64,000 nt of DNA from Malacoraja senta (GCA_038087875.1 CM075988.1:5022001-5086000), one strand, 5' to 3'. Numbered from the stretch's first letter, positions 1 to 12,846 are shown. A program made the numbers and translations. Notes: generated by a model not told the origin, from the sequence alone.

Positions 1-1079
1 TCAGAGGGCAGGTAGGTGTTGGACAGGGACACAAGGGTTGTAGATGACCTGAACCTTTAATGATTTATGCTCTTTAGGTTTTGGACTTGTCAGCAGACAG
101 GCAAGATTGCAAAGTCCCCCATATATTTGGGCATCAATGACAATCTTGTCGAGGCAGGAGGTCACCAATGAGGAACAGCAGAATATATGGTTTGAATCCT
201 ATGCTAATGACAGAGAAGTGAATCTCTGAAGCACAGGAGAAAACCACAAGTTACATAACATGTCATGGTGTTTGAAACATTTCTCTTGGATTTACCTGGC
301 CACAGAGACCACATCAGTAGTTCCTCTCACTGGTGTACAGTCACGCCTTTAATTCAGTAAATCTTCTCCCGACGGGGAAACAGTCCATCCGAGTGTATTT
401 AGGCAAGGGATTCCCAGCAGTAGACACAAAATGCTGGAGTAACTCAGCGGGTCAGGCAGCACCTCTGGAGAGAAGGAATGAGTGACGTTTCGGGTCGAGA
501 CCCTTCTTCAGATTCACAGCAGTGGTGTGAAAAGAGATGACTAGATAACTCCCAAGGTCTGATGTGTTGGAAGCAACTGCAGATGCTGGTTTAAACTGAA
601 GATATACACAATAAGGTGGAGTAACTCAGCGAGTCAGACAGCATATCTGGAGAGAAGGAAGAGGTGATGTTTCGGGTCAAGAAGTCTGAAGAAAGGCATG
701 GAACTTCATCTATTCCTTTTCTCCAGAGATGTTGTATGACCCGCTGAATTATTTCAGCTTTTTGTGTCTATCCCAAGGTCTGGCCATTTTGATGAGCTGA
801 CTAAATGAGTATTTCCTCAGGTCAGCTTACATTTCTTCTTGTTTTTAGATATTAATCCAGGGTCTGTGGAAAATGTGGGCCAAAGCATATTCCCCAGCCT
901 AGAACCTAAGGGTGACATCTTGATCAGGGACCTTATTGTTTTTCATCACCTTGAGATGGGGAGTGAAGGTCTAATTGACCATGTGTTGTTGGAATGGATT
1001 GAGATATTTTATCCAATATCATTGCTTCCGGTTTGGAATCCCAAATGAAGAGCTCTTTCTATCAGGCTATGAATTCCTT

Positions 1080-1462
1080 GGAGCGCAGGAAGATGGGGGT
1101 GTACAAAATGATGAGGGGAATGGATTAGACAAATGCACATCATCTTTTGCCCAGAGCAGGGGAATCACAAACTAGGGGACATAGGTTTAAGGTGAGGGGG
1201 GAAAGATTTAATAGGAAGCTGAGAGGTAACTTTTTTACACAAAGGGTGGTGGGTATATGGAACGATCTGGCAGAGGAGGAGGTAGTTGAGGCAGGTACTA
1301 TCTCAACGTTTAAGAAATATTTAGACAGGTACATGGATAGGTTGTTTAGAGGGATATAGGCCAAAGGCAGGCAGGTGGGACTAGTATAGATGGGGGATGT
1401 TGGTCGGTGGGCAAATTGGGCCGAAGGGCCTGTTTCCAGGCTGTATGACTCTATGAATGACT
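1080..1462 (+). mobile_element. CR1/HER1-type 3' fragment whose tail is shared with the HE1 SINE (representative; others ~5230-5585, 22950-23300, 33770-34000, 38060-38285, 53355-53845 minus, 60320-60700 minus)
   Basis: TRGHRFKVRGERFNRKLRGNFFTQRVVGIWN, tail GGGCCGAAGGGCCTGTTTCC..GCTGTATGACTCTATGA. Confidence 0.88.
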
Positions 1463-2897
1463 CATTGTAATTTAGAGGCCGATACCATGCTGGGATAACA
1501 GTGGGCTTTGACTGAGGACAGCTTGCTATTTGCAGAAAGGAGTGAATGTGAAGCTGGTGGTTGGGCTGGATGCGAGCCATCCATTTGAATAAGATACACC
1601 ATGGACACAGGCCCTTCAGCCCACCAAGTCAGCACTGACCGTCAACCTCCCATCAACCATGATAGAAATCTAACATTGATTCCCATTTCATTCTTCCCAG
1701 ATTCTACTTCTCATGCACACAATTGAGCCAATTTACACCCATTTAATCTGCCACAACGTTCTTGAGATTCTTGATTCGTACATGTGGCAGGGGTTACGGA
1801 GAGAAGGCAGGAGAAGGCAGGGGTTGAGTGGGAAAGATAGATCAGCCATGATTGAATGGAGGAGTAGACTTGATGGGCCGAATGGATCAATTCTGCTCCT
1901 ATCAAGAATGAACTTCTGAACTTTGAGATGTGGGAGGAAAACAGAGAGCCTTGGGAAAACCCACGTGGTGACAGGGAGAAAGTGCAAACATGAGAATCAA
2001 ATCGCAAACTATCAAATTCAGTGACTGAGGCCCAGTTAACTCTTAGGAGCCATGTGATGGGGAACCTTGTGTAGGAAGGAACTGCAGATGCTGGTTTACA
2101 TCGAAGATAGACACAAAATGCCGGAGTATCTCAGCGGGACAGGCAGCATCTCTGGACAGAAGGAACGTTCAAACTCCACACAGACAGACACGGAGGGGTT
2201 GAGTCTCTGGTGCCGTGCGACAGCCACTTGTTGAATGACATTGAGGGTGCACTCACACAGGCAAGTGAAGAATATTCCAACCATGTTCTTGACTGAGTCG
2301 TTCATCGCAAAATGTCAATTTCTCTCCACAGATGCTGCCTGGCCTGTTGAGTTCCTCCAGCAGTTTTATTTTTGCAGGGTGCTGTACTCTCTGGGATATA
2401 AATGCATAGTTCATGATGAGTTATAGGAGCAGAATTAGGCAATTCAGCCTATCAAGTCTACTCCGCCATTCAAGCATGGTTGATCTATCTTGCCACTCTC
2501 TTGCCTTTACTAATCTCCTGACACCCTTACTAATCAAAAATCTGGCAATCTCCACCTTAAAAATACCCAATGGCCTCTACAGCTGTCTTTTGCAATGAAT
2601 TCCACTGATTCACCACCCTCTGACTGTACAAATTCCTCCTCATCTCCTTTCTAAAAATACCATATTTCATTCTGAGTCTGGTCCTAGACTATTCCACTAG
2701 TGGAAACATCCTCTCCACATCCACTCTATCCAGGCATTTCATGATTCGATAAGTTTCAATGATGTTCCCCCCTTATGCTTCTAAAGTCCAGCAAATGCAT
2801 GACCAGTGCCATCAAATGCTCAGCGACTGTAACAGCCTCTCTACCTCTGCCAGAACCTGCGAAGTGAGAATCGTCGCGAACTATGAAATTCAGTACC

Positions 2898-3430
2898 TGA
2901 GGCACAGTTGTGAAAACAAGACATCAAAAGAGATGTAGTTCAAGGAAAATGTAGAATAGATCATTGTTAGCTCGGAGAAAATGACAACAAAGTAACAGAG
3001 ATAAAATTTAATCAGGGGGATAGTCAGACTGGTCGGAGTATTGCGAAGGGGGGGGATGGAGAGAGAGGGATGGCAAGGGCTGCTTGAAGTTAGAGAAGTC
3101 AATGTTCATACCGCTGGGGTGTAAGCTGCCCAAGCCAAATATGAGGTGCTGTTCCTCCAATTTATGCTGGGCCTCATTCTGACAAAGGAGGAGGCCCAGG
3201 ACAGAAAGGTCAGTGTGGGAATGGGAGGGGGTGTTATAGTGTTTAGCAACCGGGAGATGAGGTAGGTTTAGGAGGACTGAGTGGAGGTGTTCAGCGAAAC
3301 GATCGCCGAGCCTGCGCTTGGTCTCACCGATACACAGGAGTCCACACCTGGAACAGCGGATACAGTCGATGAGGTCGGAGGAGGTGCAAGTGAATCTCTG
3401 CCTCAACTGAAAAGACTGTTGGGGTACATG
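2898..3430 (-). mobile_element. Penelope-like GIY-YIG endonuclease fragment
   Basis: ORF 3008..3406: RFTCTSSDLIDCIRCSRCGLLCIGETKRRLGDRFAEH...KLEEQHLIFGLGSLHPSGMNIDF. Confidence 0.9.
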
Positions 3431-3752
3431 GACCTTGAAGGTTTGGACTGACTGTCCACTCTACACGGCATGCAATCTTACATGTCCACTGGCTTTTCCC
3501 TTACAATTTGAGCCCTGCACTCCTGTTGATGTGGAGGTGCAAGAAGTAATATATCACTGTCCACAGACATAATGACCTGTCAGTGCAAGAAACACAAGGG
3601 TGAACGGCAGCTTGGGCAGGGACAGAAAATGGTTGGTTGCAGATGCATTGTGAAAAGTAAAATGTCTCCGAGTTATTTACCAGATGGAGATAGACCATGA
3701 GTATGATCCATTACAAGCTGCTGATTGTATCCTGCTGCATTTCTTATCTTGA

Positions 3753-3806
3753 GGGGTGGGAGATTGCAACCTTCACATGGTCCGCCCTGTTTCGACAAAT
3801 GCAATC
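3753..3806 (+). ncRNA. Minimal HDV-like self-cleaving ribozyme fold, copy 1
   Basis: P1 GGGGUGG/CCGCCCU with G1-U wobble, P2 GAUUGCA/UGCAAUC, P3 ACC/GGU, L3 UUCACAU, J4/2 CAAA (CGAA in the other copies). Confidence 0.7.
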
Positions 3807-3811
3807 AACCT

Positions 3812-3866
<55 letters not shown>
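3753..3866 (+). mobile_element. Short non-autonomous element (putative Vingi/Ingi-related) with 5' HDV-like ribozyme; 3' part replaced by (GT)n
   Basis: Starts GGGGTGGGAGATTGCAACCTTCACATGGTCCGCCCTGTTTCGACAAATGCAATC. 8-bp direct repeat TATCTTGA at 3745-3752 and 3867-3874. Homologous to the copies at 28522-28661 and 47677-48632. Confidence 0.75.
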
Positions 3867-6800
3867 TATCTTGAGGAATGTATTGTAAAAGAAATGTAAT
3901 TAATTTAATCAAATAACTATGATATTCTATGGACAGAAGGAATGGGTGACGTTTTGGGTCGAGACCCTTCTTCAGCATTTTGTGTCTATCTTCGGTGTAA
4001 ACCAGCATCTGCAGTTCATTCCTTCACATGACATTCTATAGACTGTGTCTTAGGTTGCAATATAGACTTTTGTATGGAACTATTATGGTTACCTAGTATT
4101 ACTGTTTTTAATTTATCGTATTATTGAGGATTATAAACCTATGGGCTGTCTTTTTGCATATCTTTCAATCATTTGTCTTTCGTTTCCCTCGCCCCTCACT
4201 TTCAGCCTGAAGAAGGGTCTCTTCCTGAAACGTCACCTATTCCTTTCCTCCAGAGATGCTGCCTGCCCGGTTGAGTTACTCCAGCTTTTTCTGCCTATCT
4301 TTGGTTATTTAGTAGTTTAGTTTGGTTTGGTTTAAAGATACAGACTGGAAACAGGCCCTTCGGTCCACTGAGTCCGTGCTGACCAGCCAGTGGTCACCCC
4401 TACACTGGTTCTTTCCTACACATTGGAGATAGTTTACAGAAGCCAATTACCCTAGAAACCTGTACGTCTTTGGAATGTGGGAGGAAACTGGAGCACCCGG
4501 AGAAAACCCACGCAGTCACGGGGAGAACGTACAAACTCCACACAGACAGCACCCGTAGGCAGGATCGAACTTGGATCTCTGGCGCCGTAAGGCAGCAACT
4601 CGACCGCTAGTTTTATTGTTATTAATTTATTGTATTATTGATTATTATACATTTATTCGTGTGTTAATGGGCCTGTTAATGGGAATGTTAAGCTGCAGCA
4701 AGTAAGAATTTTATTGATCCATTGCCATTACATATGACAATTAAACACTCTTGACTCTTGAACTATTGATAAGTTGCTCACTTGAGGCATGCATTATTCA
4801 TTTAAAAGCAGTTGATAGTTAACTGTATGACCTGCTTTGCTGATGTTTTATAATGGAATCCATGGGCTGGGTATAAACTAAATATATGTTTTCCACCCGT
4901 CATGCCCACTGCTCCACAGAAACCTATAGGGTTGAAGGGGATTAACATTTCATCAGTGAATTCAGGGATATCCCCTTCTTGTCCATTTCAATATGTAGGA
5001 AGGAACTGCAGATGCTGGTTTAGACCGAAGATAGACACGAAATGCTGGAGTAGCTCAGAGAGACAGGCAGCATCTCTGGATGGAAGGAATGGGTGACATT
5101 TCAGGTCGAGACCCTTCTTCAGACTCAGTGTGATGACGCGATACGTCACCCATTCCTTCCCTCCAGAGATGCTGCCTGTCCCGGTGAGTTACTCCAGCAT
5201 TTTGTGCCTATCTTTTGTTCATTTCAATATTTGATGTACAAAATCATGAAAGGAATAGATCGGGTAAAGTTATTTACCCAGAATAGGGGAATTGAGAATG
5301 GTAGGACATAGGTTTAAGGTGAGGAGGACAAGATGTAATAGGAACCTGAGGGGTCATTTTTTTACACAATGGGTAGTGGGTATATGGAGCGAGCTGTCTA
5401 GGAGGTAGTTGAGGCAGATACTATCATAACATTGAAGGGATATTTGGACAGGTACATGGATAGGATAGGTTTAGTGGGTTATGGGCCAAGTGTGGGCAGG
5501 TGGGACTAGTGTAGATGGGGCATATTGGTCGGTGAGGGCAAGTTGGGCCGAAGAGCATTTTTCCACACTACATGACTCTATGACTTCAATCTTTGTTGAT
5601 ACCAAGAGTCTTTAGTTTAGTTTAGTTTAGTTTAGTTTAGAGATACAGTGTGGAAACAAGCACTTCGGCCCACCGTGTCCGCGCCGACCAGCGATCCCCA
5701 CCCACACTTAACACTATCCTACACATTAGGGACAATTTACCTTTTTTTTTATCGAAGCCAATTAACTTACAAACCTGTACGTCGTTGGAGTGGTTAGTTT
5801 AGTTTATTGCCACATGTACCGAGGTACAGTAAAAAGCTTTTGTTACGTGCTATCCAGTCAGAGGAAAGACAATACATGATTACAATCGAGCCATTTACAG
5901 TTTATAGATACATGGTAAGGGAATAACGTTTAGTGCGAGGTAAAAAGTGTGGGAGGAAACCAGAGCTTCTGGGAAAATCCATGCAGGTCATGGTAAGAAT
6001 GTACAAACTCTGTGTAGACAGCCCCCGTAGTCAGGATCGAACCGGAGTCACTGGCGCTTTGAGGCAACAACTCTACCACTGCGCCACCGTGCTGCCTCAT
6101 CCCTTTCTTCTGGGTTTATGCCTCTGTTCCGCTTGGTGATATCTTCTGATGACACAAGGTGGAAACTGAGACTGGTGACTCAGCGCTGGAGCAACAGGGT
6201 GCATTGCGCCATCTGTTTTAATTCATTTCTTCAGAGAAATCGTTCTCTTCATTGAAGCAAGGGAAATAAAGCCCACAGATATCTGATAAGAAGGTTTACC
6301 ATCTAGAGGGGGCACAGTGGCATAGTGTAGGAGTTGCGGCCTTACAGAACTTGTAGCGCCAGAGACCCAGATGCGGTCCTGACTGCGGGTGCTGTCTGTA
6401 CGGAGTTTGTACGTTCTCCCCGTGACCGAATGGGTTTTCTCCGAGAACTTCGATTTCTTCCCACACTCCAAAAACGTACAGGTTTGCAGGTTAATCGGCT
6501 TGGTGTAAAAATTGACCCTGCTGTGTGTAGGATTGTGCTAATGTGTGGGGATTGCTGGTCGGTGCGGACTCGGTGGGCTGAAGGGCCTGTTTCATCGCTG
6601 TATCTGTAAACAAAAAAAGCAGAAAGGAGTCACTGAGCCCATTGTGCTTTTCACAGCTCTTTGTTGCAACTCTCCTAGATCAATTCCACTGCTCTGCCGT
6701 CTCCGGGTAGCTCTGCACATGTCAGCTGGGAGATGGATATTTGCCTTATTCAGAAGGACAGTGCTGAAGGCACAGTTAATGGGTTTCCATCGAGCAACGC

Positions 6801-8028
6801 AGAATGAAGTTGTTATGATCGAAGTGTTTAAAAAAAATAATGATTTTGCAGGGCATAATCACAGCACACCCCTTTCACTAAATGAGTCTGGAATAAGGCA
6901 CCAAGCGGACGACAATAAATGCAGCTATTTTAGGGGAAGTGAAGCCACTTTGCACAGGGAATGGTGAAAATATGATATTTACTTCCATGATTCCAGGCTG
7001 CAACAGAGACAGGTACGGTGTTCAAACTGAGATGAGGTTGGTGGGCAAAAGGGAATAAAAGGGTAAAGCATAGATTAAAAATTAATTCGGACTTTTGCCT
7101 TGCTTGGGGGGAAGTTGCTAAGTAAAATTGCTTTTGTGTAATGGTATGGTTAGTGTTTCAACCTCAATGATCTCATTCAGCGGCATGGTGGTGCAGCGAT
7201 AGAGTTGCTGCCTTACAGCGTCAGAGACCCGGGTTTGATCCTGACCTAGGATGCTGTCTGTACGGAGTTTATCCAGTTTTTTCTGGTTGCTCCGGTTTCC
7301 TCCAATGCTCCAAAGACACATTTTCGTAGGTTAATTAGCTTTGATAAAAATTGTAAATAGTTGCTAGTGTGTAGGATTGTGCTAATGTATGGGGTGCTGG
7401 CTGGTTGGCATGGACTCAGTGGGCCGAAGGGCTGTATTTCTAAACTAAACTGAAGAAGGCTCAATTATGTTGGGGGTAATGTTAACCACCTATCTCACAG
7501 AAATTTGGTAAAATCACCTGTGGAATCTACCTGCTGAACTCGTGTGGTGGGATGGTGTGAAAGGGCCAAGAATTGTCCTAAATTGCCCTTTAGTGGTATA
7601 AAACTGAGGGAGGGTGAGGAATGGATGTGAAGGTGAGGAGAGTACGTTACAGGGAAAATTAATTGAAAAATGGGATGGCTCTGTGAGTTGGCATGGAATT
7701 GGCAGGAAGTGTGGCCTCGTTTTATACCGTAATGAAATGTGAAATATAAAATACTCCTGTGTCGTTTGTCCTTGAGGTGGCAGGTCTGAGAGGCAATGCA
7801 GACAATGCCAGGAGGAGATGTCACTGTGCATCTTGTCGACCGTGCACTAGCAAGTCCATGGTGCCCTGCTAAAGGAAGGAGGAGATGTGACGCTGGTGGG
7901 TGGGTGGTGCGTGCCTGCGAGTGGGTTGGATGGTGGCCATCTAGTTGAATGACCTTGAAGCTATAATCACCCGGGGAAGTGAAGAATATTCCAGCACGCT
8001 CGTGACTTACGCCTTGTTATATTAATAT

Positions 8029-8978
8029 AAGCGAGTTCGGTATCTCGATAAACGCAAGGAATCATGGGATTTGTCAAAGGTCATTCGGGAATTTTAAAAA
8101 GCGGTATAAAGTACGAGTACACTTTTGGTCTGAGTTTTTGTCTTCTTTGAATCTTATATTGGTTATGGCTGACCCAAATTACAATGAGTTGTCACTGGGT
8201 GATTTTCTGCGATGGAAAGTCCAAGTTTTGAAGCATTTTTTAGCAGACAGGGGGTTGAAAAAGACGTGACGAAGAGACAAAACTCGCTGCTCTTGCTTAC
8301 GCTGCATTGTACAGGAAGATGCCTGCACTACTGACTGCCAGTGAAGAGAAGCGTCATCATCCTGATCAATACAAGGAACTCTTGTAATATGGAGACATTT
8401 TTTTCCCGATCCTATGAGCGAACTGAAAGTTGAGTGGCTTGGAGAATCGCAAAGACTAAACTGCTGGCCTCCCACATCCATCATCGAGCTGTCAAATCAT
8501 CTTGCCAGTTGCAATGAGGCTAACCAGCCAGCTACTTCCTTGAAGTCTCGCCTGCTTAGCGACTACAATGAAGGCAAGGCCAATAGCTATTTTGATGCCA
8601 GATGGCTGAAAGAAGTCTTCTTTCATCCCATTTCTGATGATTTAGCAATGTGTTTTCTGAAAGCAGACTGTACACCTTCTGAAAGAGTACGCCAAACCTC
8701 CCATAAGTCATGGGTGTGCATCTGGGATTATTCACTCTGTTTACTGCAGCTGTAAAATCACCTAAATCATCATAATATTGTACAAATGAACCATGAATAC
8801 ACCTAGTTAATAGTTTTGAAAGCAGTATTTTCTTATCTCGAAGAAGCAAAATTGGAAAATAGGTATGAAATAGGTATGAAATGCAGGTCAATATACACGC
8901 AGTACCTCAGCTGGCGGCAATGTTTATCCCGAATGACCCATGACCTGGGCATGCGCAGTTGTAATACCGAACTCGCTT
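8029..8978 (+). mobile_element. ISL2EU-like (PHIS group) DNA transposon, internally deleted
   Basis: Perfect 15-bp TIR AAGCGAGTTCGGTAT / ATACCGAACTCGCTT flanked by AT on both sides. Decayed ORF from ATG 8165: SAP-like DFLRWKVQVLKHFLADRGLKK, then DYNEGKANSYF...CFLKADCTPSERVRQTSHKSWVCI, resembling the N-terminus of SWIM/YqaJ accessory proteins. Confidence 0.7.
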
Positions 8979-9332
8979 ATTGGCAAAGTTTAGACTGACT
9001 CATGGGATTCCCAGCGTAAAAGATGCAACACTTGCCCATTCACCACATCTGTTTAGTTTAGTTTCGTTTATTTTAGAGATACAGCACGGAAACAGGCCCT
9101 TCAGCCCACCGAGTCCGCACTGACCAGCGATCCACGCACATTAACGCTATCCTACACACACTAGGGACTATTTTACATTTATACCAAGCTAATTGATCTA
9201 CAAACTTCTATGTCTTTGGAGTGTGGGAGGAAACCGGAGATCCCGGAGAAAACCCACGCAGGTCATGGGATGAACGTACAAACTCTGTACACACAAGCAC
9301 CCGTAGCCAGGATCGTAGTCACCCGTAGTCAG

Positions 9333-9857
9333 CCGCCCATCCTCTTCCCACTCTAACCCTGCGGAAGGGGAGCTCCTGGAGACCGCTGCATAGTAGTGTC
9401 GGAGCGGCCCTGCGGCCAGCGCCGAGCCAGTCAAGTGACCAAGTTCGAGCCCAGCATCCGGCACGAACGAAGACCCTACGGCCACGTGGGAGAGAAGCTC
9501 AGAGTCTCGAAGACCGGAGAGTGGAGGAGGAGGGAGCGGCTAGCAGCGACGGATGCGGGGAGTGGACCGGTAGGAGAAGGACCGGGGTATTGCCTCCAGC
9601 GTCTTCAAGGTCGGCTGCAGGAGGTTCCCCCGCCCGGGACACAGAGACGGTCGGGCAAAGAGAGGGATGTGGGGTCACGGGCCTGGTGCAGCCTAGGGCT
9701 TACCTGAGCTCACCTGGATTGGGGGTGTTCCGGGACCTACAACACTTGGACTGGGCTTTGCACTTTGGACTGTTTGTGATTCCTGTAGTCTTTTCTTTTT
9801 TTTAAAACAGCGCCAAAATTATGGTGACTGTGCATTTTGTGGTTTGTGCAAAATAAT
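9333..9857 (+). mobile_element. GC-rich non-autonomous element with Rex1-like tail; host of the DIRS insertion (tail resumes at 15726-15770)
   Basis: Shares CTTCAAGGTCGGCTGCAGGAGG with 27700-27985. Tail TGTGCAAAATAAT|TTTACTTTGCTGTGACAATAAA is split by DIRS. Confidence 0.6.
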
Positions 9858-9961
9858 AGTAAGATTAAACGAGAACTTACCAGTTTGAAGTTTGATCTTT
9901 ATTTTATGAGTTACGATGAGCGATTACGTGAAGAAGCCCACCAGAGCGCACGCGTGTCAAT

Positions 9962-10586
9962 CTTCGGAGACGCATGTATCCGAAGATCCTCCAGTGCTTT
10001 TACTCGGCGGCTGTGGAAAGCATCTTGTCCGGATATATTACAATCTGGTTTGGGAATTGCTCTGCACAGGACAAGAAGGCTCTGCAGAGAGTAGTGCGTT
10101 CGGCCGAACGCACAATGGAAACTACACTCGCCCCTCTGCAGGAACTATACATCAGGAGGTGCAACTCCAGAGCCAATAAGATCATGGGAGACCCCTTCCA
10201 CCCCTGCAACGGACTGTTCCAGCTGCTACGGTCAGGCAAACGCCTCCGTTGCCATGCTGTGAGAACAGAGAGGTTGAGAAGCAGTTTCTTCCCAGAGGCC
10301 ATCAGGACTGTAAACTCCTACCTCACCAGGGACAAACTTTACTGTACCACTCTACTGTTTTTAAAAAAATTGCTGGGTTTTTTCCCCTGGTTGTTTCCCT
10401 TTTTCCTTCCGCCCACAATATTTAATATGTAAAAGAATATGTGATTCTATTCTTCCATTCTGTTTGTAGTTTGTTTGTTTGTTTGTTTGTTTTTGCACAA
10501 ATTCCGCGAGCATTGCCACTTTTCATTTCACTGCACATCTCGTATGTGTATGTGACAAATAAACTTGACTTGACTTGACTTGACTC
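9962..10586 (+). mobile_element. 5'-truncated Rex1/Babar-type LINE nested in the DIRS element
   Basis: Open frame 9974..10432 (ILQCFYSAAVESILSGYITIWFGNCSAQDKKALQRVVR...RLRSSFFPEAIRTVN). Tail GTGACAAATAAAC followed by (TTGAC)n. Confidence 0.85.
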
Positions 10587-11025
10587 AAAGCAGCGGTGTG
10601 AAATCACAGATAACAATAGTCGAAGTGACATAGTAAGATTTAGAGATGACTAGAACTACCAGATGACCTTTATGATACGAGGGTTGGGAGCGGTGGGTAC
10701 CTAATCGCTCATCGTAACTCCTCATAAAATAAAGATCAAACTTCAAACTGGTAAGTTCTCGTTTAATCTTACTATTTTACTTCGGAGTCACGTGAGTGAT
10801 TCCGTGAAGATTTCAAAGCTCTGTGATTTCATGCCGTGAGAACGAGTCCAAACAACCACAACTGCTTCAATTGACAGATAATGGAAACATTCATAATGAA
10901 TAAATAATAATAATAGTACCTCTCTCATCTGGGAGGAAACTATACAACAGAACTTAAAATAGAATTGGCAAATACCCCCGGTCTGGCAATTGGTTATTAT
11001 AAAATGTTTGGAAAGTTCGTTCGTG

Positions 11026-11418
11026 TTACCATCCTGCAGCCGCTAGGATGTGGTCCAGCAGAACGTACATAATCCTTGCTGCTGATGTTGTAGCAGCCCT
11101 GGTGGAGTGAGATTTGACACTATCAGTATCTACTCCTGCATAAGCCAAACCCTGTTTTAACCACCTGGAGATGGTCTGAAGTGATACCATCTTATAAGGT
11201 TTTGCGTAACTAACAAACATTGCTAGTATCAGAGCCTCTAAGGCTGTTGGTGACCTTGACGTATTGTTGTATATGTGTGACCACACATAACCGAAGGTCC
11301 ATGGGGTATGCCATGAAACTAGCTCGAGACCTGAAGCCCCTGGTCTGCTCTGCATAACTAAACCATGAACATAAAATATTATATTATTTGCAGATGTAAC
11401 CATCCTGTCCAGTCGCAA
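11026..11418 (-). pseudogene. DIRS tyrosine recombinase C-terminal remnant
   Basis: SLQTISRWLKQGLAYAGVDTDSVKSHSTRAATTSAA...ILAAAGW contains the HSTR box of DIRS recombinases. Confidence 0.88.
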
Positions 11419-12183
11419 TTATGTAGTGACTGAACCCGTTACGCTGATACCAGCGCGATGAGGACAACTACCTTATGAGAGCCGAGCCAAAGCTAAGGAT
11501 GTAGCTGGAGCCCTCTGGAGAAATATTATTAACACAATGTCAATATCCCATACTGCCCTGTACTTGCCCTGGGAAACTTGTGTTAAAGATACCCTTTATA
11601 AACTCGATATCAGAGGGTGAAACCCGACAGAGTGGGTCCCGTTTGCTGCAGCAAATATGATGGGAAGACACGTTGGGCACAGTTAATGGCCTTATAACTT
11701 AATGTATTGTCAAAGACCTATTTGAAAATGAACTCCAAACGTCAGTTATCTGTAACGTATTAAATGTAACATTAGAATTTAAACAAAACACTTCCCATCT
11801 CCTGAAGAAGCAATGTACTGCTTATTTGGTGCTATCCCTGCACTCTGCAGTGAGCACACACATGGATCGGTCTGACAACCTGAGCCCCAGGTGCAGTCAA
11901 CTCAGAGTCTGCAAGTCCATGAATTGATTTTAGCATGCAGAGGCTGGTTTCCCAAACCACAGGCTGAACCAGCAAATTTTTATGTTTAGAATAACCATAT
12001 AAGGTTGTATGAATATTCCCAACAAAAGCGGGAACCATGGCTGCATAGGCCAGTCAGACAGTACGAAACCTGAAGCGGGATCTTGCTGAATTTACTGCTA
12101 GACCCGACTGATGAGGCAACATGGAGGAAAGACATAAAAGACCATTCCTCCTCCGTGTAATGAGAATGTATCTCTTGCCACTG

Positions 12184-12630
12184 TTATGCCCCATATTTTT
12201 GCAACCGGTGAATGAGCCTGGATGCAAACATATCGATATTCGGTGCTCTATCGAGCCATAATTTCATAAAATACTTTGTGATCCAACATTCATTCTGTGT
12301 TATCATTGATTTACGTGATGATACACCAACGCCAAATGAGGTTAGGTAAACTATTACAGGATACTTTGACTGGATTGCACCCATGTGACTAACATATGCC
12401 ACCACCATAGTGTATCAACTCATAGTTGAGCATGCAGATTATGCATATTAGCACAATGACCCTTTAACCCATAGAATGCACCTAGTGTCTATAGGTAGTC
12501 GATAACAATAACTGAAGAATTGGCAACTCATGCAAATCTCATTCGCCTCCAAACTAGAGATGGCATTCGTAACCTTCCATCTTCGAGCACTAGCATCTGT
12601 TTGTAATAAAACTGAAGATTTACTGACCAA
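12184..12630 (-). pseudogene. DIRS RNase H / methyltransferase-like remnant
   Basis: LQTDASARRW (RNase H TDAS motif), VVAYVSHMG and PNIDMFASRL motifs, frameshifted. Confidence 0.8.
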
Positions 12631-12846
12631 AACTACTGGAGCAATTCTGAATACTGTTCGTCCACAATTGTGACTTTGGTAGCTTCAGCTGGTAATAGCA
12701 TAGGTCTGTTAACAATGACCTACATGGCATTAGAGAGGTTTCTACTTTGCACGATGCAAGTTCCCCCACTTGCACAGCTGAATCACAGCTACTATATTGC
12801 CAATTACACTTGAGGAATAGAAGGCTGCTTTATAACAAGGTTGTTA

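Noticed and set aside
6545..6967. 140-aa ORF
   Set aside because: Starts inside an HE1 SINE and has no recognisable domain.
9974..10432. 152-aa ORF of a type often auto-annotated as a host (ALKBH8-like/DUF1891) protein
   Set aside because: It is the C-terminus of a Rex1/Babar LINE ORF with the LINE tail directly downstream.
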